From Pocillopora damicornis (taxonomy: Eukaryota): a stretch of DNA of 64,000 nt. Below, in pieces: positions 15,001-24,899 of the stretch. Position 1 is the stretch's first letter; each line of letters opens with the position of its first letter. Both the position numbers and the translations under genes were made by a program. The stretch is taken from positions 62,001 through 126,000 of the forward strand of contig NW_020844500.1 in NCBI RefSeq assembly GCF_003704095.1, given 5' to 3'. The notes beneath the pieces were generated by a model, which ran no database searches, was not told the origin of the DNA, and saw nothing but the letters and a program-made list of their open reading frames with translations.

Positions 15001-18000
15001 GTTCTGTTTGGCAGCCTGACTGCCTGCTTGCTTCCTCCCTTTGTTCTCCGTCCATTCGTCTGGCTGCCTGCTTGCTTGCCTTTATGTCTCTCTGCCTGTT
15101 TGCCTGTATGTCTGTCTGCCTGCCTGCTTGCCTTTATGTCTGTCTGCCTGCTTGCCTGTATGTCTGTCTGTCTGCTTGCCTATATGTCTGTCTGCATGCT
15201 TGCCTGCATGTCTGCCTGCCTGCCTCTATGTCTGCCTGCTTTCCTGTATGCCTGCCTCCTTGCTTGCCTGTATGTCTGCCTGCCTGCTTGCCTGTATGTC
15301 TGCCTGCCTGCTTGCCTGTATGTCTGCCTGCCTGCTTGCCTGTATGTCTGCCTGCCTACTTGCCTGTATTTCTGCCTGCCTACTTGCCTGTATGTCTGCC
15401 TGTCTGTCTGCCTGCTTTCCTGTATGTCTGCCTGCCTTCTTGCCTGTATGTCTGCTTGCCTGCTTGCTTGTATGTCTGCCTACGTCCTTGCCTGTATGTG
15501 TGTCTGCTCGCCTGCCTGCCTGCCTGTATGTCTATCTCCCTGCTTGTCTGTAAGTCTTTCGGCCCGTATGTCTGTCTGTGTCTTATCCATCTGTCTGTCT
15601 GTTTATCTGTCTTTGTTTGACTTTTTCTTTAGAATAGAATGTTCAAGAGGAAAATTGTTTTGGTAACTTTGTGTCTGTAAGGCAAGCTGGAGTGACAAGA
15701 ATGGGTCAGTCAAAAATTACTTTTAACTATTAACTTGCGACTTTTCTATTTATTGGTAGTATGGATCGGCAGAAAATGTTGATTTACTAAGATTTCTGGC
15801 CGGCTTTGACGCACCACTTGCACTTAGAGACTCTGAGGGTCATACACCTTTGTACTACGCTAAACGACAGGGGTCTGGAGTCATGAGAAAAGTATTGGAA
15901 GAACTTCTTCGAGAAGAGGAGGCTCGTAAGGTGAGTATTCACCCTTTTTTGTGTGGTAAAAATTGCTTATTTAGTCGCCCTCCTATCAATAACGCTGGTA
16001 AGATCAAAGAAACTTAGGGTGAGCAAAAACACACCCTCCCTATCCTGGCTAGCCCTGAATCAAACTTGACGGTTAGCGAGCGAACCACGAGCGCCCTAGT
16101 AAAATGCTGTAACACAAGCTTTCTTCAACAACGAATTTTATTCCGTAAGCACTAGATCTGTCTGTAACTTTCTAGCAGGCAAAAAACGTGTAAATCTTTA
16201 AGGTAACCCCTCAGTTCGGGAAAAGTCATGATATGTCGAAGGAACCGAGGAGGGAACAAGTCGTCGCTAACAGGGTAAGAAATGGACCTACAGAAAATTG
16301 TATGCCGAGTAACTGTCAAAGAGGGGAGGTCGTAAGAATATTACGGAGCCTTAGGGTTGGATCAGGTAAATTTTATAATAGCAAAACAAAAAACCCACCC
16401 CCCACCCCCCCTCCCTTATGATATCTACTGAATGGTCCCTTACACATTACATTTGAACAGGACACAGAGGAGCCAATGGAAGTTGACTCGGGATTTACTT
16501 TTGTCACGTCCAGCGATAATTTGTGGGAAGGTCCAACACCGGACCCGAAAGCTGATGCAGAAAACATGCTCCAAGAAGCCAAAAGACAAGAAAAGCCTGC
16601 TGATGATGACGACGACGATGAAGTTGGTGTAGACCCAGCTTTCAGAATGGAGGGCGCAGGGTAAGCAATTCTTGATGAATTTTTAAAACCTCTTTAAGAG
16701 TCGTGGTGAAATTATAACAGTTTGTATGGGAATATTTACGTATTTTTTCTCAATAACAATACCTCACCTTACTTCCACAGTGCATCACTTGTTGTCTGAC
16801 CGCTTACTTTGTTAAAAAGAACCCATTTTAAGCGGTCAGATAACGAGCGACGCACTGCGGAAGTAAGGTGAGGTAATTTTATAAAATTTGACTGTATTTT
16901 TTTATTGCTAAGAGAGGTCGTAAATATTCCCATACAAACTCTTCTAATTTCGCCATAACTCTCATTTCGCAAGATGATCACCTCACAGCTGGAGCTTGGG
17001 CCGCCTGTGGTTGAATCAACGTCATGCTGGGATTTAGCTGCAATGTTGCACTTCTGATTAGCAGAGAGCTCTAAAGTAAACAAAACTTAAGATTTGGTCA
17101 AAAAAATGTATAAAAAAAGTAAAAGAATAATAAAAGAATTGTCTCACTGCTAAGGTTATATCCTAATTCTTTAATCTTCTTCCTCACGTAGATTTTTTCA
17201 ATACTCGACAACGTCTAGCGCGTAAGGCATTTCTTGCTTTGAAAACTGTTGAAAACTCCTCATCTTAAATAGGAATAAACAATTCGTAGTTAGTATTCAA
17301 GGCATACATATTTCACAAAGTTACATTTCCTGAGTGTTTGTTTGTTTGTTTTTCAGGAAAGTTTATGTCGACCCTGAAACAAATGTCCCTTACAACATCC
17401 TCATGTCCAAAGTAGATGTCAAATATGGAATGTTCGGATTAAATAACTTCTACAAGATGCAGGTCAGACAACCATTTTGATATTTATTGGTAGGCATGGC
17501 TGTTTATTCGCAAGTCTTAGATCGTGCATTTTGGCACGAATGAAAGCTTATTTCTATTCCAACTGAGACAAATTGCAAGATGCTAGGAATAAATATGAAG
17601 AGGTTGATATTTATGATTCGGTCGCTGTTCACGCTCCGTACGTCAATACAATCACTTTGTTGATTTTCCCGAGTGGGTTTTTCAAAATCAATTTACAAGG
17701 TAAAATGTAGGATCTATCTATTTACAATTTAAAAATGTTATTATTAAAAATCTAGCTCAAAAGTTAAAAGGTTTAACTATCAAAACATCTACATTTAGAT
17801 ATCGATAATTAGATACGCTTTAAGGTGTTAAAATATATTATCTAGCTGGCTTCTTTTAGTTCACATTTTGCCTTTCGTTTAAATTGTTCCAGTGATTTCG
17901 AGTTCCTTGTTTTGGTCGTTAGAGTGTTCCATGTCTTGATAGCTCTAAACTCTATTTAAAAAAAATACGTGCTGAGTGGTAGCTATCCTACACCTCGGCA

Positions 18001-21000
18001 CTCTAAGCTGGTCTTTCGGTCTAGTTTAGTGTTTATGAATGTACGAGTTTTTGACTAGATTGGAGCTCAGATATGTTGGGCTAGCCCGTTGCAACATTTA
18101 TAACATTGTGACATCCCGAAGGCTTAGCAACTTTTCAATAGTAAGCCACCCAAGTTCTTTAAGGACTGGCGTTATGTAGTCACACTTTTTAGTGTTTGTC
18201 AAAATGTGTGCTGCAAAGTTTTGCATTAGCTGCAACTTGTGAAGATTGTTCTTCGATGTTCCGGCCAGACAGCGGAACAGGAAAACAGTTTGCTAAGTAC
18301 CAATGAGTTCAAAATTGTGTGTAGTACTTCTCGAGAGAAAAGGTGTCGTACTCTATTAATTTGACATAGTATAGAAAACAAAGAGGAGCTAAGTTTAGAT
18401 ATATGATCATTAAATGACATGTTTGAGTCAAGTATAATGGCTAAGTCCTTTACGTGTGGTACAGGGGTCAGTTCTACAAGTGAAGACACGACGTCATGAC
18501 ATTAAGCCAAATATTTTCCTTTCCGGTGTAGCCGTCTTTCTCAGTCAATTAGTACACATTAATCACGAAATGTTCATTTTCAATTTCAGATTATCTACCA
18601 CAAAGCTAAGGAGTTGTGGGTGTTATTTAATCGCTGGGGGCGTGTTGGAGACAATGGACAACATCAGAGAACACCGTATAATGATGCACGCATGGCTACG
18701 GCCGAGTTTAAAAAGATTTTCAAGAGCAAGACTGGAAATGAGTGGGAAAACAAAGACGAGTAAGGCGATTTGTTGAACTTTAAGCCACGAAGGCTTCAAA
18801 ACAAGAGCTCTAATGCAAACACACAAACGGCAGTCTATTTTTCTTTACCGCTCGCGCTCTACTCGCCAAGCTCCCGGATATACTTGTCCTCAATACGATT
18901 CCGCCAGCTTTGTATACTACAGTCCTTAATTCTCTTCCGTTACAAGTCGTGAGGTTCAGAGAAAAAGTTACTGGAAGTCAAAATTAAGTCTTGAACAAAA
19001 AAACAACCATTCTTGTCGTCAACACAATGGTTATTCGTTTTTCAGTTGCTGGTCTCTGTAGACAGCAAATTTTATTCGCCAAGATTTCCCTTAATATCTT
19101 TTTCTCCTCATTCGAGTGCCAACAGAAGAGCTGAACGAATGACCAAAAGGATAACGAAGTGACCTTTTGAAAAGCAGAAACAGAACACTCGCCCTTTGGA
19201 CCAAAGAAAAATTTTGCTTTTACTTTTTGTGTTGCTCTTTTTCGTTTTCTTGTTTCAATTTTCATTTTTTTACCTCCTATTCTTCAGTCTTCTTTCTCGT
19301 TGAATTTAAGGCAGTGTTTAGCATTGTAAACCACTTGTTTAATTCAGGCGTGAGAGAAATGTCATGGTTTTGTGGCTCTTTCCACAGATTTCAGAAAAAA
19401 CCTAAGAAGTATGCCTTGGTGATGCCAGAAAAGAATCCTGAGAACAAACGACAGCAAGTGAGCGAGGTTCTAAAACCACTTGAGCTGACTAAGTGTCCTG
19501 CATCACGCCTGAGTAAAGAGCTACAGTCGTTCATGAAGAACATTGTAAGTAGCTGATATACTTCTATTGAATCACTCCCAATAGAGATGTTGCAAAATGT
19601 TAAATAACGTATGGATATTATGGGCTACAATTTTAAACTCTCAGTTATACTTTTCTTTTCATTCAGACCGATGTTGCGTTGCTTAAGTCCTCAATGGATT
19701 ATGGTTCGTTTAGACTCGATCTCGACTACATGCCATTTGGAAGACTCTCCAACGAAACTATCGAGAAGGCTCGTGAAATACTTAGAGAAATTAAGTAAGT
19801 AACTAAAGAGCAGATATATAGATAGCAGTTTTTATCGAAAGGATAGAAAGCAAGCATAATACTGGCGTTAAGGTGCCTTGACGTTTAAGCCACAAGAGTA
19901 GCCATTGTGTATTATCTCCCTACAATATACTACTTTGTAAACTGAATGAGAAAGATGGTGAGTTTTGAGATTGGTAACGAAACAGAGAAAGATGTTTTTC
20001 GTCTTGTCACGAGCGAGCGGCAAAGAAAGCATTCGTAGTCCCCATGAGAAATCGAAGCTCAGACAAGACGAAAAATATCTCCTCCAATATACCACATTGT
20101 TAAGCACACCAGTTATGAGATAAAAGTAAAAAACCTGTGAGGCGATGTGGTTTGGAGTAAACCAGGGGTTTTAATAATTTTTCCTGGGCCCGGAAAAGGG
20201 TTCGTGGGGCGAAACCCTAACACGAGACCCTGCTCGCAAGCTAAACAGGCGGCGGCAAGAGGAGTTATGGACAGTGGTAGACCACCCGTAACCGGCTTTT
20301 ATTAAAACCCCTGATTACACTTAAAATTCTCACAACTAACATCATGCTAAATATATGGAGGATAGCGAAGAAGATTCCTTTTATGGTCTAAAACGTGAAA
20401 GTTGTGACGACTTCCGTGCTCCCTCGGCAACTTATGTTTAGAACGTGGTTTTCTCTTTGCAGAACTATTGTGGACACCATTGACAGATATAATCTGGAAG
20501 GAACAGAAGAGAAATTTGAAAAGGTATAATGTTCTAACCTTAAATTCTGAAAGTGCTCGCCATACGTCAATACTGGGAGGCTGGATCATTCAATTAGAAA
20601 ATGGATAGGCATTCAGTGTTCTTTACGTAGTTCCTCTAAGCCTTAGCATAAACGTAAGCAGAAGGCTAAACATAATTTATTGCTGACTTTTCCTCTCTGT
20701 TTTCAGGTTGCCGAGCTTAGTAACACATATTATATGTTGATGCCAATGGCAAGGTATACATATGAACGGATAAAACCGCTGAATGAAGCTTCAGACATCG
20801 AGACTCACCTGACTGCTCTTTACAATTTGACTGAACTGGCTCTTGCCAGCAAGATCTTGCTAGGTGCACAACATAAGACTAAAGGTATGATGAGGTTTTG
20901 CAGGCAATTTTTGAAATTACGTTCTTAACCCTTTACACCCTAAAATTAGTCTGCGTATTCTCCATTCTTTATACCTTTGCTAAGGTGCTGAGAGGGAGAA

Positions 21001-22971
21001 TTCTTTTAGCAATAAAGTATTTCTTTAGTTTGTGATCATTTCTTTTATTCTTGTGACCATAATATTTGATTCAGTGGTGATATTGTAAGGAGAAATTAGA
21101 TGTTAGTCACTCTAAGGAGTCAGAGGGTTAACGAATTATGTCACGGTTTCATGCGTTCTCTAAATTTTCTACCTCATCAAAAAGATTATTACACCAGGTC
21201 ACTGTTCTGGTTGTATCGAATTGAATTTCGTCTCTATACCATGGTGAAATGGCTTGGCAACTTCGAATATTCAATTACTCGATACCAGAGGAACTGAAGA
21301 ATTTTTTTTTAATCCGGTGCTGTTTCCCTCCAAAAAACAGATGTTGTTTTTAGGTTCGTTTCATAGCAAGACTTCCTATTTGGAGGGAAAGTTACGATTT
21401 TTGTACAAAAATGAAATGAGTGGATGGAAATACTTCGCTTTGTTCTTTCAGAGATAAATCCGTTGGATTACGTGTACAAATCCCTTGGATGTCGCATAGA
21501 ATTGTTGGATCCAACCTCTGATGAATGTCAGCTTATACTGGAGTACATACATAACTCGCGTAAGTTACAATATTAATTGTGCTTTATCTTTACCCTTTAG
21601 CTGGCTTTGCCTTAAGTTCCTTTACTTTAGGACAAACGGACCGTTAGAACTGAAACAAAATTTGTTTTTAATTCAGGTGGTTGTCAAAGCTTTGAAGTTA
21701 ACGGTATTTTCAGGGTCTCTCGTTCTGGAGAGGCCGACCGATTTGAATCCTGTGGAGTGCCTGGTAACCACCGCCTGCTATGGCATGGCACTAATACAGT
21801 CAACATGATAGGGATCCTAAAACAAGGCCTCAGAATTGCTCCTCCAGAGGCTTCCCGCTCAGGGTGGTCCTTGGGAAAGGTTTGTAAATGAGGTTCATTC
21901 AAAAACGGTACACTTAAAAATTGCGTTGCAACGCACGACGATGTAAATTCGCTCAGTTTACAGCTGAATATGCACTGTGGACTATCTAGCTGTCTGATCT
22001 CGAAATGAGTGGCCCCTTGAAAGAAACGCCTTTGAAACGCTTTTGACTTCAAAAACAATTTCCTTGTATTTTAAAATTCAAGTGTAACGGAATTACAAAA
22101 TATAAAAATGGGTTCAGTGCGCTGTTCAGTTAAGTCGTTGACTAGAACCTAAGAAATATCAATCCGAACGAAGGAAGCATTTCAAGAAAGTGAACTAAAT
22201 AGAGACTTTATAAAGCGCTAGAAAACACGAGTGACCTAGACGCAATGAAATCCAGTTTACATGCGACTGGTTGAGAGTGGCGCGAGTTTTCCATACCAGT
22301 AATAGACAAAATAGTTGAGAACCAAGCAATACGGATTACCCAAGTTAACTGCAATTTTTTTCAAAATTAATGTCGATCGTGTTACCCTTTGCTGCAGGGA
22401 ATCTACACATCTGACAGCCTGGACAAGAGTATGGGTTACGTGAGTCGTAGAAGAGATGGGGCTGCATTTGTCTTTCTTTGTGAGGTGAGTTTGCCAGACT
22501 TCGAAGGGACCGTGCAGAGGGAGGTGAAACGAGGGGAGGGGGAGGGGGGGGACTTCTCTCCCCTTCCCACCTCACTTCTGTGTAGTTATGGAAACAAAAG
22601 ATCGTGACATGGTTTAGATATTAAATTTTATGGAAAAGAGCCATTTTCCTTACAAACCAAATCTCCCTCGGTTTCATCAGGTTGCCCTTGGTAACGTGAA
22701 AGGCGTAGACGATCGTGATTATTACGAGACTGCGCCCGAGGGATTTGACAGCGTGTTATTGGCCAGCAGAGAGGTCCCGGATCCAAGCGAAGATGTCACC
22801 ACTCCATACGGTGCTGTAGTCCCTGCAGGAGTGCGTATCACGCAGAACAAGGAAATTTATAATAGCCATAGCGAGTATGTTGTGTACAAGGAGTCCCAAG
22901 TCTTGATTCGTTACATAGTGCAACTGAAGACTACACGACGGAATTATCAGTCATACAGATATCGATTTTAA
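1..22971 (+). CDS. Ankyrin-repeat-rich PARP (ANK array - WGR - PARP regulatory - PARP catalytic; PME-5/tank-1-like, no SAM domain seen); 5' end lies outside the window
   Basis: Phase-consistent exons: <1-206, 581-737, 1106-1314, 1433-1660, 1761-1805, 2194-2346, 3109-3258, 4048-4215, 4801-4950, 5856-5960, 6224-6256, 6431-6496, 6873-7095, 7457-7489, 7810-7988, 8467-8549, 8760-8875, 9125-9362, 10028-10205, 10901-10977, 11683-11775, 12047-12206, 12601-12756, 13051-13168, 13759-13858, 14011-14191, 14792-14974, 15760-15930, 16461-16660, 17357-17462, 18590-18759, 19388-19544, 19667-19794, 20463-20523, 20707-20884, 21452-21559, 21677-21879, 22398-22484, 22681-22971(TAA). Many ankyrin motifs (GNTPVHYAAAYG, GRTPLHLAVKWG, GQTPLHRAALRG). 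WGR domain (NNFYKMQ...FNRWGRVG...FKKIFKSKTGNEW). Regulatory domain (MPFGRLS; ELSNTYYMLMP). Catalytic motifs LLWHGT, GLRIAPPEA, GKGIY, FLCEVALG, SEYVVY, IRYIV. Confidence 0.93.
302..507. mobile_element. Degenerate piggyBac-type MITE (same family as 20925-21131, 33372-33575, 59496-59660)
   Basis: Begins ccctttaacttccaagatctc; shares the internal motif tttctttattctcatcact...gatattgtattgatattg...ggag.aattct.tcttggtca; ends ggagttaagg. The copy at 59496 is its reverse complement. Confidence 0.7.
4351..4640 (+). repeat. Local tandem duplication (~130-145 bp x2) in a PARP intron
   Basis: tgaaggtagtc.accac.tttgga.tatagaaagcca.tcgtggttttt...gtcaactacggggtttgttttgtgatagaattta...cagaggaaataa occurs at ~4351-4481 and ~4497-4640. 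Confidence 0.9.
5003..5342. repeat. Probable Tc1/pogo-type MITE remnant
   Basis: Repeated tccggataatcga motifs at ~5012, 5302 and 5320, ending tcgaggtttgac. This resembles a CAGTCAAACCTCGATTATCCGG-type terminus. Confidence 0.4.
8905..9010. repeat. (ATCA/ATCG)n low-complexity tract
   Basis: aatcaatcgatcgat...aatcaatcagtccatccatcaatcaacc...atcgatcgatcgatc. Confidence 0.8.
9770..9957. mobile_element. Palindromic dispersed repeat with decayed Penelope-type minimal hammerhead cores; partial copies at ~23119-23190 and ~63128-63205
   Basis: Arms gtaatttagtattatcaac.gagt.gataa.gtaaattgg and aatttacgttatcaactcagttgataataccaattac are inverted repeats. Centre has ctgatga-agagcgaacgctt-gaagcgtc (9866-9893) and its decayed mirror image gacgttacgagcgttagcccttcg (9832-9855). 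Confidence 0.7.
15015..15620. repeat. Compound microsatellite (GCCT/GTCT/GTAT/GCTT)n in a PARP intron
   Basis: About 600 bp of tgcctgcctgcttgcctgtatgtc iterations. It produces the spurious CL/ACL-rich ORFs in three frames. Confidence 0.97.
17880..18478 (-). mobile_element. CR1/L2-type LINE 3' fragment (RT C-terminal region), decayed, antisense within a PARP intron
   Basis: Minus-strand translation VKDLAIILDSNMSFNDHISKLSSSLFSILCQINRVRHLFSREVLHTILNSLVLSKLFSCSAVW, then after a frameshift LQLMQNFAAHILTNTKKCDYITPVLKELGWL. This matches the KDLGV.LD...F..HI / LQ..QN.AAR...HITP.L..L.WL signature. Confidence 0.85.
20925..21131. mobile_element. piggyBac-type MITE, ~207 bp, both termini present
   Basis: TTAA|CCCT...AGGG|TTAA termini (ttaaccctttacacc at 20925; cagagggttaa ending at 21131). 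Internal sequence is shared with 33372-33575. Confidence 0.8.
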
Positions 22972-24899
22972 AACCAAGAGTATCTTTTCTGGGATAAAAC
23001 CGCATCGAGCAACATGACATATATCTAGCGTAAGAGAAGCAATGGAGTAACCTTAAATTACTAAAGGGGGACAACGTTTTTAAGAAACTGTGGTGCTCCC
23101 TCGGCGAGGGATATTAAAAGGTAATTAGGCTTTATCAACTGAATTGATACTGTAAATTGGCTATCGTAAAGAGTTTTTTTTAAAGCTGGCTGATTTGCTT
23201 TCTTCTCTGAAAGTTATAACTTCAGCCTTTTTGTTCGGTTAAGTGTCAATTTTAGCTTTTCATTCTTTGGCGATATATTTACCCCAATTGTCAATCGAGT
23301 CCGTCATCTTTCTTCGGTTTTTGAAACCACTGACTAGGCTTGTTCTCTTCCCGAAACAAACTCTATCTAAATATATTAATCCTTAAGTTTTATCAACACA
23401 TTATCCTAAACCAAGTAGTTCTTGTGTCATTGTGCTGCTTTTTAAAGAACAGTTCATTGACAAAGGATTATTATACCTTAGATTTCTCCTCTAAAGTGTC
23501 GTAAATCAGTCATTCAAAGCATTCCCTTTTACCTTTCAGTTTCGAATATTAGACGCTGAACCCATTAAGGAAAGCAGAATTCAACTCATAGTTTTTATGA
23601 TTTCACTTTATGTTTTAAGATCTTTATTAATAACTTTTAGAATTTAGTTGGTGGTCTTCAATGAAAATAGAATGGTATATAATTTTGCATGAATCTCAAC
23701 AATTGTAGCAAACTTACGAGCTAAGCAAAATAAGCATTTGATCTCCGAGACCCATAATGCAGGTGATCAAAAATTGATATTTAAAAAGATTTTGATTGTT
23801 CATCGTGGAAAGCGCAATAATTATTTAGTATTATCGATTGCCTCACGATGTAGTCACTTTTGGGATGACACTGTGACACCGTTAGAGATACAATCCGACA
23901 GTAAGATTTATAATTAGGTACTTATTTTACCAAGTTATGTGAGTCAGAATCTCTTGTTTTTCCTTTTTTGGCTCTATTATTATCATTATTTTTTTTATAT
24001 CTTTAGTGCTCTGTTTTAGCGTATTTACAATTGTGTTTCTTAACTTATTCATCTGAAGGAATTGTCTTAAATTCGGATACAAAAATAGCCATGAATCGAA
24101 AACTTAGGGAAGATTGACTAATAAAACGAAAATAAAGTGAATTAACCTTGTGCTCTTAGTTGTCGTTGCCATAAATTCTCAAGTAGTGACTCGTGCCAAG
24201 GTGTCCACGATATATCTTATGCCTAGCCTTGTTAGAGAGCAAATCCCAACTAAAAGCTTTGCTTTTCCAAATCAGTTTGATCGGGGGATTCCTGTGGAAC
24301 CTTGGTTTGCCGGTTTTATTGCCATACCGGCCGGGACGAGTACTGCACCTTGGTCCCTGGCGTGTGTCATGCTCGATAGACAAGCATGTGTGTGAGGGGA
24401 GGGGAGGATTTCTGTTTTTTCCCCCTTCCGATCATTCCCCCCCNNNNNNNNNNNNNNNNNNNNNNNNNNNNNNNACAAGCATCTCACCTCAATTGTTGCA
24501 ATCTAATTAGCTACGCTATTCGCTGTCTAAGACTAAAAAAAAGGGAGCTTGTTATTTTGTTAAGTTATCACCGACCCTGAGACAATTAGACTATCCACTT
24601 TCGATTCCTATGCGAGATAGTCTGAGTCATCAGCTATCGCCTGATAGAATCTCAAGCACATGATATATTTGTTTAGTAGAGAAACGACTGAGCCCCCATT
24701 GTTTGTACAGAACCCTCTGTATTTTCCTTTCAAATTGAAGCTATGTAAACAAAATTTGGTTTTTAATAAAGACTTTCACTTCCTATAAATTTAACTAGAA
24801 ATGTTAGATAGACGTCGTTTTGAAAACGCTAGATCGTTAGTGATCAAGATTTTTGTGTTAATACAAACCACAAGGTGAAACAGAGCTTCCACGAAATGT

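Noticed and set aside
14956-15666. Three long Cys/Leu-rich ORFs (170-236 aa)
   Set aside because: They are translations of a stop-free tetranucleotide microsatellite inside a PARP intron.
17357-22971. Calling the gene tankyrase (TNKS)
   Set aside because: No SAM domain is seen, and WGR and regulatory domains are present, which tankyrases lack. No gene symbol assigned.
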